A stretch of DNA of 64,000 nt, taken from positions 6,882,001-6,946,000 of the forward strand of contig CM035350.1 in assembly GCA_020137815.1 (NCBI GenBank), given 5' to 3'. The notes beneath the pieces are model-generated. The model did no database searches. It was given only the letters and a program-made list of their open reading frames with translations, and was not told where the DNA came from. Positions 27,639-48,635 of the stretch are shown here, one piece after another. Origin of the DNA: Hormiphora californensis (lineage: Eukaryota > Animalia > Ctenophora). The position numbers were made by a program, and so were the translations under genes. The stretch's first letter is position 1; every line of letters begins with the position of its first letter.

Positions 27639-28723
27639 TTAAGTTTGAGTCCACATGCGGCCACCCACTGAGACAGGTTAAGTTCAGGTAACGGGCTATC
27701 AATCAGTTTCCCAGGCAACCACTGATAGAAATATGATGATGGTTCGAAATAAAACACTCTCTTCAAAGAATTCAATTTCATATATGTACAGAGCACGTCA
27801 TCATTAGAGAAGTGAAGCACGTCAACAAATGCATGTGCGATCTATCTCTATTCAGGTCATTCTGTTGAATTCTCGAAAAAATAACACTGACAACATCTCG
27901 TTATTCCCTATCAGTAGTCTCTCACAATACAAAACATGTTACAATGAAAAGTTGTGCGTGTATGTGTGTTTCACAAAACACTACTGACAGACACACACAC
28001 ACACACGCGTGTCATTGCTGCTGCTGCTGAAACAAAGTGATCCATCGTTGTTGTTAGCCCCCGGCCCCGCGGATATATATTTATATTGTATATATCGTCT
28101 CATTAAAAATCATATAGGTGTGCACTGTATAAAAACATGTCTCACTCACTCCCTCTATCCGTCTCTACCGGAGTAGAACCTCACTCCCTCCCTCTCTCTG
28201 TCTCTCTCTCTCTTCATTATCTCTCTCCGCAACAGCCCTAAAACAGTCTTGGTTTAAAAATTAGATAAAAATGGAAAAAAGACAGGAAACATTGCTCTAA
28301 TATATTTGCACATAGGACACAGCGGTGTAAATGTTGGGAAAATAGTAATAGTAGGGAAGGTATAGATATCTTACTCTGTTATTCACTCAATTTAGGTTTA
28401 AGAAACACAATCAAATAAAAATATGATAACGTTGATGTATGTAAAAACATTTTGGGATCGCTGAAATAGAAAACAAAAATAACAATCCACTCCCCCGGGG
28501 GCAGCTGCTACTGTGCAAAAATAAACACCTAAACCTTACGAGACACGGGGACACTACACCTGCACACACACACACAATATAACTGTTGCCATGGTATATG
28601 AAAAAAAAACAGATCACGTGATCGACCGGACACATGATAGAACGGTCTCTTGTAACAAACGCACTCTACATCGACACAAAAAAAAACAATACAGAGAACT
28701 CTGAAGTAGATCTTCAAAAAAGT

Positions 28724-28827
<104 letters not shown>

Positions 28828-29728
28828 AAATTTAGGAGGGCAAACTCTCCCAGAAAGGGCTGTCAGGAATGGAAAAGCTGAATCATTAAAGTGTATTCAC
28901 ATCCTAGTACCCTTTCTCTCTTCCTCACTCTTTCTCTACTCGTCTCTCTCCCTATCCTCAAAAAGTAAATCAAATACACACGTCCACTCACACACACACA
29001 CACGAAATTGATAGGGATGTGTTTTTTGATAAATGCTCTAACTAAAGAAAACCCGGCATCTTTTCCTGTTTTCCATTTATCATATATTCAGTTTTAGCAT
29101 TCACTCACTCGCACACACATACACATATATAACCTTAAAAAGACCTACAAATTGACAAATACACGGCTTCAAAATTATACTGGGATTGTACAGGCATTTC
29201 TCTTATTCCAATTCTCTCTTTTTTCTCTCTCGGGTTTTTTTGGATGGGATAGCAATTTTGTCGCCAGATTTTTGACATAAATGCTCGCTCATTCGGGGGC
29301 GTTTGCATAGCTCAGAACTGTTCATTCAGTCACACACAACTACACATTCACCCCAATTTCACTGTGCCCCCATGTAGAGAGTACAGCTGTCACAGAATCA
29401 ATTTTTACTTATTTTTGTCGATCAAACGATTTTTACGAAGTCCGAAGTGTCTCTATCTCTTTTTCTCTCGCTCGCGCTCTCGCCGGCGTGAAACAACAAC
29501 GTTTGACACATGCGGTCAAAGTCTCTGAAGGATTTGTCTTGTGGGGGGCTAGCAACACTCAAACGTGCCCTTACAGACTGAAAAAAATAGAATGTTAGAA
29601 ATTCAATATATTGAAAATATCGAAATGTGAACTCTCCATTTTATACATATCTCTCTCTCTCTCTCTTCTCTATGTCTCTATGTCTCACTGGGTGATCCAG
29701 GGTGATTGAGCGGGCTGCAGGGGGTTGA

Positions 29729-31572
29729 TCAATACCTGGCGGGATCGTATACTGTTGCAGGGTAGCTCTGCATTTCATTAGGATTGAGATTCTGAAATAG
29801 AGTTTTCAATTAGCGTGAAATAGAGAGATAGGGGAGTGTTCAATATCAATTAATGATTGGGCACACACACACACACACACTCTCTCTCTCTCTGTAATTA
29901 GGTCACGTGATCTCACTAACCTCGTTTCCGATAGGCGGTGTACTTTGTGCCCCGGTACTGCTGTATGACGTGTAGGGGGCAATGTAACCTCCGGCCCCCG
30001 CGGCACCTCCTGGCCCAAGGTGCAGTTGACCCATTTGACTGGCCAGGGCGTGGGGGTCCATTGGGGACAGGTGTGGGGGGAACGAGAGGGGTACGAGCTG
30101 GGGTGACACCCATTGTCCGTTGTGGATGTTGTTGAACTGGTACGGCAGAGGTACCATCTGCATAGCTGCAGGGAGGGGGAATAAGGGTTAGAGAGTATAG
30201 AATATAAAGAGCGGGAGAGTGTGTGTTAACTACTGTCACATACAGGAAGTGCCTTGTTTTGTTCAGGGGCGCTGGAAAGGAGGGTCGAACAAGGCAGGAA
30301 GTGCCCTACTTACACGGGTGGAATAGAACTGGTCGGGGTGTGGCAGGCATGGCAGCAGCCCCATTCTGTCCCACATCAGAGAACACGGGTTGCACAAATC
30401 CCATGGCGGGTATTTGACCCGTCTCGTCCATTGCACCAGTCCAGGGCGTCAGGTAGACCATGGGACGTTTCTTGTTAGGATTGGGTGCCTCCGCAAACTT
30501 GACTATCAGAGGCTCCCCGCCACCTTGGAGAGGTTTTCCGTTCAGTGCCTTGATCGCCTTCTCACAGAACTCTTTGTCTTCTAACCTAGAGAGTAACATA
30601 CGTTAGTGAGGGGAGAGAACTCAGAAAACCTAGAGCGGGAGTTTAAAATGTGAGAGAGATAGCTAGGGGAATATGAAAACAAAGAGAAGGGGTATCAGTT
30701 ACACATATGCACAGAAAAGGCGGGAAATCACTCACCTTGCAAATCCTACACCTTTACTGTTGCCTTCTGGATCTTTGAGGATCCTACTGGACACAATCTC
30801 ACCGAATGGCGATACCAAGTTGTTTAGTTGCTGAGGGGGAGATGTGGCGTGATGACAGGCAGCACACAAATATTATAATACACCACGGTATAGAGAATAT
30901 GTATACCAAGAACCAACCGAATCAGGAAACACTGGTCCCTGATTGGCTGATAACCAGTCACGTGACCTAAACAACGAGTTCTTATTGGTTGTTTACTTGT
31001 GTCGGTCGGTTCCTGATATGTATGTATACTTACATCTTCGGTGAAGTTCCGGGGCAGATTGCTGATGTATAGGTTGGTCGGGTCTATATTCTCACTGAAC
31101 TGCTTTTTACTTGGGTCTTGGTGTTGTTTTCTTATCTGGTCGTTGATGGACAGCTGGTGGTAAATGGGGGGTGGGGTTCTGCGCCCACCACTTTCCCGCG
31201 TCCCAGTGCGCGCGGAGCCTCAAACACACAAAGTGCAGACAATAGCGCACTTTGCACAACGATAAGTTGCGCATATTTCGGCGGTTTTTTGCGGTCGCTT
31301 TTAAACAATCTCAGGGCGGGTAGGACCATTCAAATAATACAGCTGCCGCCGTTCTCAGCATTATTCCCATTCTTACCTTGGCAAAGGATGCTTGCGTTCC
31401 CTGCAGGGTCAGGTGCTGACAGGCTTTCTGGGCTGCTTCGGGGTTCTCAAAATCCACAAACCCGTAACCTGAAATCAAAGAACATAGAGCGGGAAGGAGA
31501 ATTAGTGAATGTTATGGAAATGACAAAATAGGAACACAGAGAGGGAGAGAAAGAGAGATAGAAAGATAGAGA

Positions 31573-31618
<46 letters not shown>

Positions 31619-33874
31619 GAGAACGAGAGAGAGAACGAGAGAGAGAGAACGAGAGAGATAGGGGACAATGGAAAACTCACCTTTGCACTTGTTACTTTGT
31701 TTATCAGTTATGGCCTTCGTCGACGTGATCTTACCAAACCTGAAGATAGTAAAGATTAAAAAAGATGATAAAATATGATAATATCACAAACTAAAGATAT
31801 CATCGCGTGATCAGAAGGTAACAGGTGGGTACTACCAAATTGGTCGTTGAATTAGTTGTTCGTTACTGATAAAGGGTGTGTTATGAAGCGAGGTGTGTTT
31901 TTAAAAAGGGAATGCAGTTTTTGTTGCGTGATGTAATAGTTATAGTAATTAGAACAGAATATTATACTAGGTCACTTTCCCTCCTTCTCTCTCACTCCTT
32001 CTCTCTTCTCTCAATAAAGTAAGAGAAAAAACTATGAGAAAAACTATGAGAAAAAACTATGAGAAAAAACTATGAGAATACATAGATAGAGGGATAGAGA
32101 AAAAGAGAGAAATTAGAAAAAGAGAGAGCACGTCTGATTACTATAACATATATGCGTGTACATGCGTACGTACATATTGACACTATGTTCTTGGCTAGTC
32201 TCTTTGTTAGGCGAATTGCAGTAGACACGGGGTATATTGAGAAAATATGTGGGGGTAAAGTGAGGGAGAGAGAGGGGGGGGGGTGACTATCGACTAACTT
32301 ATAATTAGTTCAGGGCGTGAAACCTGCCCACAGTGGTACATGACCAAACGCTATTTTAAAAACGCACGTTTTTTTGCAATTTTAAAACTTGGTTTAAACT
32401 TTACCGCTAAAACTACAACAGTCGGACCCCGATTTACCGAGAGGAAAAATTCCCCGATATAGGAATGGATTATTGAATTGATTATTGAATTGATTATTGA
32501 ACAGTATTTGACCCCTAAAATATACCGGGTACCTCGATTTACCGGGAAAAACTTTTATCCCCGAGCACTCCGATAAATTAGGGTCCGACTGTACACTGAA
32601 AATACTCAAGTTTCCAATTATACATTACACGCACCTTTTACACATATTAGCTAGCTCGTCATCTGTCATGTGATTGGGTAGTCCTCTGATATACAGGTTC
32701 GTCTTGCTAAGTTGTTCTGGTTGTGAATTCTCGTTCCTATATCCCCCACCACCACCCTGTGTTCGAGGGAGGGCCGGTTAGATCAGGAATTAGGGGGTGG
32801 GAGTGGGGTTTCAGGAATCCTTGTTTTATGGAAGTTGTGGAACATTGAAAAGTGGTGATGGTGGTGTTGATTTGATACACGATAAAGTGCATTACAATTG
32901 GCACAAGGAACAGATTTAAATAGTCTCGGGCGCTCTCATGGATAGGTTCTATTAGATTATCTAATGGGGGTGTAAAGACGTCGAACAGCCCAGGTGTGAT
33001 CGGACAGGGTGGTTATCAAAAAGAATGAAGGACGGAAAAGTGGAGAAAGAGAGTTATCATTGAAGATAAGGGTGAGGATGATATGGGTAAACTAGAAGAT
33101 GTTATTGTTGGAGAATTCAAAGATGACATACAGAGAGAGCAATGGTACGTTAGAGGGAAGAAGATGGGTAAATGAATAACGAGCAGCCAGAAAAGATATT
33201 AATTATATAATAAGGAGATGAGATGAGAAGTTCTATAGTACAAAGAAAAGAGGATTTCGACGTTTAATCTGAGGGTTGCTCTCTGCCCAGCTCTCGCCGT
33301 ACCTGTCGACTGTTCATGGTGGGGCTCGCATCGCCTCTCTCTGCTGTTCTCATGGGACACCGGCCTTCCATCTTAGCCTCGCTTGCCCCCCTGATCAACA
33401 TGTTTTTTTGTTACCAAAACTTGTAGGCACTACCATTACTACCCCCATAACACACTCCCCCCCCTGGTCACATCAGTTACCCCAATTCCCCCTCCTTTCC
33501 CGGTCCAGGATGGCATAGCCGGAGGTTAGCCCAATTAAGATACAGAAGAGGTCAGGGACTGGAATTAGGGCAAAAGAAAGAAAGAGGGGGAAAAGGGGGG
33601 GGGGGGGGGGGGACAAAAGAAGAAGAGGAGGAGGGAGATAAAGAGAAGTAGACAGAAGAAGTCTGACAGAGAGCGAGAAGAAGAGAGAGAGAGAGAGACA
33701 GAGACAAAGAGAGAGATCCAAAAGGGAAACGTTGAGGGGCAAGAAGGGAGTCAAAGAGTGGACAAGAGAGGCACTCGGGTGATAAACATAAGAGTACAGA
33801 TCAAGGCCGAGAGACAGAGGAACAAGAGAGAAGTTAGAGCGATAAAAGAGAGATGAGAGGGAGAGAAAGGTATT

Positions 33875-33924
<50 letters not shown>

Positions 33925-35030
33925 AAGAAAGATAGAAGAGTGGGCGTATGGGAGCGCTAATAACACCCTAATGACTGTGTACACAAGTTCTTTGTGTGTC
34001 ATCGAGTGTACGTTTCAGTGTAACTGTCCTTTCCCGCGTAAACTGCTTGAAGTGTTTAACTTTAGTTCGCTGTTCAATAACTGGCTCCATGTATAAAAGT
34101 GTAGAGGGTACAATAAAATTAAAGAAGAGAGGGGTTAAAAAGGGCCGGAGGGGGGGCTCTCCACCGACTGTCAATCTTGTACGCAGAATGGGGGGTCCAC
34201 GTTCTTTGGAGAGCGATGGCAATGAAGATAGATTTGAAATAGGGGAATGATCACTGGATGATCAGAGCTTTGGATAACGGACAAGCAGTACAACAAGATT
34301 GTGAGAGCAGTGTGTGCAAGCGTTGGTTGGTGTACCAGCACTTAGTTTGGTAGAGCCAGTTATGGTTATGCGGGTTGGGAAACCCATCTTTGTTGTGCCC
34401 GTAGTTTGTTCGCCGGCCGCCCCATTGCGGGCTGGGTGACGGTGATCGCTGCTTATACGGCATCTGATTGAGGTATATCTGGTATTTCCATGTGTTAGCA
34501 GGGACAGATATATTTTAGAGAGCAAGGGAGTTACTAAATAGAGGGGACCCGGAAGTAAAATGAAACAATACCTGTTGTCAAGGGAGGGGGGTTGCGAGGG
34601 GTAACCTCTTACCTGTTGTGTTTTGATGGGATTAGAAAAGATGGTCTGGCTAGATCGTTGTGGGGGTGTCCTTGTGGTCGGTTCGCTCGTTCCATTACTA
34701 AGCGTGTTGTAATGATTCTGTCGTAATAACACCTGGTAAGAACACAAGGGGGTTAGACGGGGGGGGGGGGGGGACAATACGCATGTTCAACTTCGAAAAA
34801 CTGTAAGTTGAACCCGAACGTCAAACCGTGAATGGAAAGTAAGATAACAAGGACAATCAGATACGGGAAAAGTTACTAATTTCACTACCAATAACAGCGT
34901 TTACAAGGCAGTGAAAAAAGGGGATCATTTTTCTCACCTTTTTCTCCTCTCCTACGGTAGTAATTTTATCGTCTGAATGATTGAAACCATTAGTCTCTGG
35001 AGTGTTTTCTAGTACTTCCGCCTCAACCAT
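29729..35030 (-). CDS. RBMS/Alan shepard family two-RRM RNA-binding protein, multi-exon
   Basis: Spliced exons give [22 protein letters not shown] (~32635-32730), [20 protein letters not shown] (31681-31739), [51 protein letters not shown], then a P/Q/Y-rich tail. Start and stop are inferred from splice signals. Confidence 0.85.
30907..31015. mobile_element. ~105-bp dispersed MITE-like repeat in an intron
   Basis: Ends GAACC(A/G)ACCGA / TCGGTCGGTTC around CTGATTGGCTGATAACCAGTCACGTGACC; second copy at 40958-41063. Confidence 0.8.
32419..32591. mobile_element. Tc1/pogo-type MITE in an intron
   Basis: TIR CAGTCGGACCCCGATTTACCG / CGATAAATTAGGGTCCGACTG followed by TA; internal ATTATTGAATTG repeats. 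Confidence 0.75.
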
Positions 35031-35536
35031 TACACCTACAGACGCCCGCCAGGGGAAGGGAAATGAGGGTTAGGGAACGGAGGAATTAGGAAAATAAGGG
35101 GATAGAGAAAGAAGTAAGAAGGTTAAAGAATGATTATGAATATCGGGCAAGTAGTAGAGGAAGTGACATGCAACAACAGGTGGTACCCAAATGTGTGCAT
35201 TGTGCAAACTGTGGAGTGTTGTTTTGTATTTGAGTTGAGGTTTATGAATGTTTAAGGTAAAAAAGATAGGGGCAAATTGAAACACGGTCATGCTACAAGA
35301 ACCACTGGTTGTATAAATAAATTATCCACTTTCTTTCACCCACAAATAAATATAGTACGTTAAAAATCAAAATCCGAATATGATAATAAACCAGAATTAT
35401 GTACAAAAGTCCAGAATTAAGACTACAAACAGTGACAAACAGGGTTAGCGGGAGATTTTAAACAAATTTCCCGCTCTTTTAGGCATTCAACACTACAACG
35501 TTCAAAACATACACCATGCAACTAAGAGTTAAGATC

Positions 35537-36423
35537 TCAATATTTAGGAAGTGCGACCCTATCAAAAATTAGTTTAGTGTAATCTACAGCTACAAAGAGT
35601 GCTCCAGCAGCCAGGGGAACGCCCTCATTAGGCAGGGTGTAATACCCCTGAAGAAGCCTCTCACTCCGGCACTACTATAAACATCTCGAATGGCACCAAG
35701 GGGAGAGACATTGCTAACTTGCACCCTTGATTTAACAACATCAATAGGGTATGCAAAACCCCAACACATTGACCCACCAATTCCACCTGACACTGCTGTC
35801 TTCCACATTGATACTTCGTCAGGGTCGTTGAACAAAACAAGTTTAGCAGCCTCGTATCCTCCAAAGAAGTAGAAATATCCCCATGCTTCCCTTAGCAATG
35901 TTGGGGTCCACCCCTTCATAAGTGCCAGAGGGCCCTCATTCTTCACGATATGGATCATCATGGCTAAGGGCGTGGTTGGAACACCACTTTTTACTGATCC
36001 AGTGAGATGCTGTGTCTGAAGCCTACACTTCACTAATTCAGTGGGAGTAAGAACAAATGAAGCACAACATCCAGACAAGGCCCCACAGATAGACTGACTC
36101 ATCAATGATAACTCCCCGTGACTTGACTTCCCTGTAAGGTACTGCATTCCAATACTGATCCGACCATACGCAAGAAATGCTGTAGCACTTTCACCAACGT
36201 TGGCAAGCACAGCAGGAATAGATCCAGCATACAACCCCCTTATTCCTTCTGATTGTGCCGTGGCCCGGAGTGTAGCCCATACTTTGGTGTATTTTTCAGG
36301 AAAAGTCTGCATTTTCACTTTAGTTGTGTCGAGTGGCTGAGTCGTGTACACCGCCGTAACTCCACCCATCACACCTGCCAAGGTATCCCGAAAGCTTTCC
36401 AAGATCCATCTGCTGTCTGACAT
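35537..36423 (-). CDS. Mitochondrial carrier, ornithine transporter-like (SLC25A15/ORNT family), intronless
   Basis: Three carrier signatures QPLDTTKVKMQTFP, TPTELVKCRLQ and YPIDVVKSRVQ, plus YFYFFGGYE. A frameshift near 35612 hides the tail AAGALFVAVDYTKLIFDRVALPKY*. Confidence 0.88.
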
Positions 36424-37428
36424 CCCCTACACACTTGGTAATAGGGTAAGATAAGGCCAACGACGAGCAACAAGGCAGGTGGCGGGAACAAAGAAAAAAT
36501 GAAAGCGCCGTTTTAAACTTTAAAAAAGTCGTGCTGACAAAATCTTTCGCATTTTTATTCGCCGTGCCGCGCGCGCGGCGCGAAATGCAGCGCTTCCAAA
36601 AAGACAATTAAATTGTTGTGTTTTAAAATAAAAACTGAAGGCAAACAGATCAGGAAACAGTCATGGCGACTGCAATCTGCATCAGATACATCAGACTCCG
36701 ACTAAGCTTCTCGATGGTCAGAAGTGTCACCCTTTCCATCCGTGGTTTCCGTGGGAAAAAGGCTGAAGCTACATCTGACGATCTATGGAACATGAGAGTG
36801 TGTGTGTAGTCAATGAACAATTGTTTTTAATTTATTATTTTATTCCGTGATAGCGCAAGAGCGCATTTATTTTTATATCAACTGAGAACTCTCAGCATCA
36901 AATATTGTTTACGGGAGTGCTCTCCCCCCAAATAAAAACGTCGCGACGTTTTTTTCTTATTTTTTGGATTTTTCCTTTCTTTCTGGAATGCTCTGCAGCC
37001 CGCCTATGCGCCAATCATATGCTACAGAAACAGGCCCCTGCAGGAGAGCTTTTCAATTTCAAACTTAGAGCGGTCCGTTAAGGAAGTTACCTGATCGCTG
37101 CCGCCTGCCGCACACACCGCACACACACCGCCTGCCGCACACACCGGACAAGAGATTTCACGGTGCTCTGAGTTCTCTTGTGTGTAAATTATACATTTAA
37201 TTACCACTCAATGCGGGCGATTTGAACTTATTTATGAATCACTATTAGCCGAAAAGTTTAAGCTAGCGATTCGCCAGCGGCTAGCCTTACCTTTTTGCTC
37301 AGCACATTTCCTGTGTCTGTCCGGTATATAAACTGTCATTATGTTTTTTGTTTATGTTTAAATTTGGCACTGGGCACCATAATCTGACTTCCAAAGACTA
37401 AAACTAATTACCAACATACTACTTAGGG

Positions 37429-38904
37429 ATGAGAATTAATGGATCGCCTTCAACGAAAGCTTTGTTTGGGTGTGACTCCCAGGATGATGATTTGTTTGAG
37501 GATATCGATATTGATATTCCTGAGCCCTCTGGATCTAGTAGCTGCTTCACAACACCAGTCGGAAAACGGCAACGAGTTACACCGCCCAGCAGTGTGGTAA
37601 GCAAAGCACCCTCCATCTCCCCACTCTCGGCTGCAGTTTCAAAATCTGTAAAGGGCCTCTACGGAAGTCAAGAACCTTCAACTCCTGTTCTATTGAGCGA
37701 TGTCTGGGACTCAGTTCAGAAGATTGGAGATATCAACCCAGTTTTGGAGCAATTTTCAATTAGAAATGTAATCCGAGGAACGTGTCTTTATCGTGGGAAA
37801 TCTGCCCACCTGACTGTGATGATAAAATCTGTTGAATGCGTTTCCAATCAGGATACCTCCCTGATAGTATGCGACGAGACAGGTAACACACATTACAACC
37901 ACATAAAAACACACGCTTCAATCTTACTTCATACCGCTTCCGTTTTTACACTTTCACCCACAACTTTCACTCATTAAAAAAACTGTTTTCTCCTCACAGG
38001 AGAGATGAGGGCAGCGGTACACCACAAAGTAAAAGAGAAATACGGTGGGTTGTTGGTGGAGGGTGCGGGTCTCCTTCTTCGGCAATGTACAATATTCTCC
38101 TTTATATCGGTACAAAAGTACATCAACATTACGCTACCTAATGTACTGTACATTTTTAACAGCTCCAGTGCTGCTCCACCTCCTAGTACATTAGAGGGAC
38201 ACCTGAAGGAGGTAAGTGTTGCCATAGTGACCACAATTGTTTATCAATGTGTGATTTATAACAGCTTGTGTTACCATGGTAACTCGTGCTGTTACCAGGT
38301 CAGAGAAGTGTTAGAGAAAAGGGAATCTGCACCGGAGGAAACAGGAGGACCGCCCATGATCAATACTCCAAACAGACCACCACCTCCAAGGTCTCGAACC
38401 AGTATGCCATATGGTTTGACGACTCCAAATCGGCAAGGTGGGTCCGGTCTAACCACTCCTAATCGGCCAAGTGGGTCCGGTCGAACGACTCCTAATCGGC
38501 CAAGTGGGTCCGGTCTAACAACTCCTAGTCGGCAAGGTGGATCCGGTTTGACGACTCCTAATCGGCCGAGTGGGTCCGGTCTAACAACTCCAAATCGGCC
38601 AAGTGGGTCCGGTCTAACAACTCCAAATCGGCCAAGCGGGTCCGGTCTATCAACTCCAAATCGGCCAGTTGTGTCTGATCAAGCTCCAAACTTGTTTGGG
38701 CCAACTACACCCGCTCGGAAGTCCTCCTCTGTCCTAACAACACCAGTGAGACGACCTGTGAAGAGGACCTCCAGCGGTGAGGCAATACCACCTGTACCAC
38801 CACCACTACCACCTACTGGAAGGAAACAGTATATTATGAGCGAGAAGGAGAAGGAGGAGATCTCAAAACTGCTTGATGAAGTTGATGATGACTTCTTTGA
38901 TTAG
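37429..38904 (+). CDS. HROB: Homologous recombination OB-fold protein (C17orf53/DUF4539-like)
   Basis: Spliced LTVMIKS...IVCDETG|EMRAAVHHKV...GAGLLLRQCTIFS...YINITLPNVLYIF fits the HROB OB-fold pattern (DPTGEM..TVH...G..LLL.Q...YLN.T..N). Introns ~37883-37999 and ~38212-38298; acidic C-terminus DDDFFD. Confidence 0.75.
38413..38668 (+). repeat. Coding tandem repeat, 33 bp x8 (GSGLTTPNRPS)
   Basis: Visible in both DNA and translation. Confidence 0.92.
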
Positions 38905-39223
38905 AAACATATATCTTCACGACACATATTATAATACACACAGTTTACAAATTAACTTATTAACAAGAGGGGACCGTGTGTTTGACACCGCGTATATTTT
39001 TGTACACGACGTGTAGACAGTTGTTTTTTAAAGCCGTGCTATACATATATTTCAATTATTCAGATTTTATCCCAATTCGATTTATCTATCTAACAAATAT
39101 CTTTTTTACATTTCTAATCCGTATAATGGAATTGTTGTTTTTAATCGTCCGCCTGAAATCCGAATCTCGGATCTCTTTCAAACATTATCTAACCCACTTT
39201 CCCTCTGTGTAGTAGAGCCCATC

Positions 39224-46110
<6,887 letters not shown>

Positions 46111-46750
46111 ACAATTGTATAGAGGGATGTTGGGGGAGATACATTTTGGTGAATGAGTTAAGTAAGCAGAGGCAGAAATACTTTGTCAGGATCCTCGAGT
46201 GAGTTATTACTAACGACATCTGAGAGGAGTGCTTATTGTGCTGCGTTTATTGAACATGTGAGAGACAGAGAACATATTTCAGAGATTTGAGAGACAAGGA
46301 AGGAGAGAAACAATGAAGATGTTAAGTTATTTATATTCGCGTGTATATTTGACGGTTATGTTAGATCTTATTTTGCAGTTTTTGTACCCACCAAAAAGAC
46401 GAATTTTTTATTGCTTATGTCATGTTCGTTCGTTCGTTTGTTTGTTCGTTCGTTGTTATGTCATAAACTTTATGATTGTTCGGAGTGAGGTTATAGGCGG
46501 AACAATTCTTTGAACTAGATTCAAAGGCATTTTCAATTCTTCGTTAACTTTGTTCTGTTCTCCTACCGAAGCAGCAGTAGAGGTACTGAACTATCGATAC
46601 ATAGGGCACGTGCAGATCTGCATAGACAACACATCTCCATGCCTCTTAATGATAGTCGATATGACATCCATTCTCTCCATCTGCTTTGATCATACTCTAT
46701 TCTCTCTATCTCTGTCTATCTTTTTCTACCTCTACTTCTCTCACTCTCTA

Positions 46751-46782
<32 letters not shown>

Positions 46783-47200
46783 ATTCTCTGTCTGCTTCGA
46801 TCATTCTCTCTAGTCGTCATCCACATACTGTCGCCGTCCTCTCTGGGGTCTCTAATATATCCACACTAATTTCAACTTTTATTTAGTCCCTAGGTTTAGC
46901 CCCAGTCACTTTCATATGTTAGCTGTGTCCCAGGTACGTCCCTTTGTCTCCCTGGTTGTGAGGCAGAGGGAAGTTCTCTCAATCTTTCTTCCTTTTTACG
47001 TCAGACTAACTGCCAACTTCTATTGTTGGTGTCAAAACCTTGCTATAAACAATGAACGTAGTCCATGCGGAGAAAACATGATAGACGGGGGAAGAGATGA
47101 TAAGTGAGAGATGAGAAGGAGAAGTGAGAGAGGAGAGAGAGAGAGAGAGAGATGAGAGAGAGAGAGACGAGAGAGAGAAGCGAAGTCAGAGATAGAAAGA

Positions 47201-47248
<48 letters not shown>

Positions 47249-47830
47249 GAGGGAAGGTTGGAGCTTATTATGTGGTTATTATACTATGTGCCCACTATGT
47301 GGCGTGTGTTTATTGAAACTAACGATGTGCTTTATATTTCTCTTTCTCTCTCCCTTCCCCTTTTCCTCAATCCTATTAAATAGTAGGCACTACTCTTCCC
47401 CTCTACCCTGGCTGCATTAATATAATATAATAGGACTCAACTTGTTCAAACTTCAACAATTTGTTGTTGTGACAGTTTGTCATACCTGTTATTGAGCTGT
47501 CTGGCGCTCCAGGACCCATCTGAGCACACTCTGTCAGAGCATTGGCTCTGACAGAGCGCCATTGAGAATTAATCTGGTCTGGCGCCGGCTTAGACATCTG
47601 TGTTTTTGGGTTTCAATTAATTTCCTTGTTTTTTATATTTTTTTATTTTTGTTTTCAGCTTCCGTATTATTGTGCGATTCATGGAGATTGGGGGGCTCAT
47701 CCCTTTTGGTGAGAAATTGATCCCTCGATCAGGTCGCCGCCTACCATTTTGTGTGTACATTCTGTGTACAATGTATACACGCGCGGATTGGTCTATCAAT
47801 TAGTCGACGCGCGTTACCGATTACTCATTT

Positions 47831-48265
47831 TCTTGTAATCTTGTAATCTTGTAATCCTCTTTGTGCAGATACTGCACAGGTGTCAGCTCCTCATAGAGCT
47901 TGGGGGAGGTGCAACAGCACAACATAGAGCCTCCCCCTCCCTGGAAGCTATTCGTTCCCAGTCAAGTATCGAATTGTTGTTCTGTCGAGTGTATCCAGTC
48001 ACCGGGGGTCGGTCTGGGAATCTCTCCAGCCATTTACCAAGAAGGACTTTGAATGAGGCTAGGTCTTCTGCCGTATTCACGTTACATGGTAGGGTGTTCC
48101 AAAGTCGGGCCGCTCTGCAGGCGAACGAGTTATGGTACTTCGTTGCAACAGAGACGTTGGAACCTCAACTTTCTTTCCAAGTCGAGCATTGTTGTAGAAC
48201 TTCACTCCAATGTTGTTGGGTGCGTTGCCTATTTTCTATGGAGAATTGTGACCGAAACTGTTAAC
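47831..48265 (-). mobile_element. 3' fragment of a CR1/L2-type non-LTR retrotransposon with (ATTACAAG)n tail
   Basis: Minus-strand ...LWNTLP...LASFKVLLGKWLERFPDRPPVTGYTRQNNNSILDW; 8-bp tail repeats (cttgtaat)x3 at ~47831-47855. Confidence 0.75.
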
Positions 48266-48598
48266 ATGGCGTTTGTGAAAAAGTCGAATCAACTGTCAAT
48301 TAAAGTAGTGAAGTGCAGTTCCGCTCATTAGATATCCACCAACCTAAACGATTGTAATTATCCGAGACAAGTTAAGTTTCTAAATCTTTGAAGTTCCCAC
48401 GCGGTACTGGTTGTAACAAGATTGTAGTAGTAGAGTTGTCTTGCTCGACCCTGCTTCAGGGCAGAAGCATTTTGAAATATTAAATTAAAGATTTCTTTAT
48501 CATTCTTATACAATCCAATAACCAAGTTCACGAAACTTGGGAGCTTGGACTGTGGCAATTTCCGTGACCACCACACTTCATAATAGCTTAGTGTAGAT

Positions 48599-48635
<37 letters not shown>

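Noticed and set aside
35590-35620. Truncated C-terminus of the mitochondrial carrier
   Set aside because: The sixth TM helix continues in another frame after a G/C run, a likely homopolymer error.
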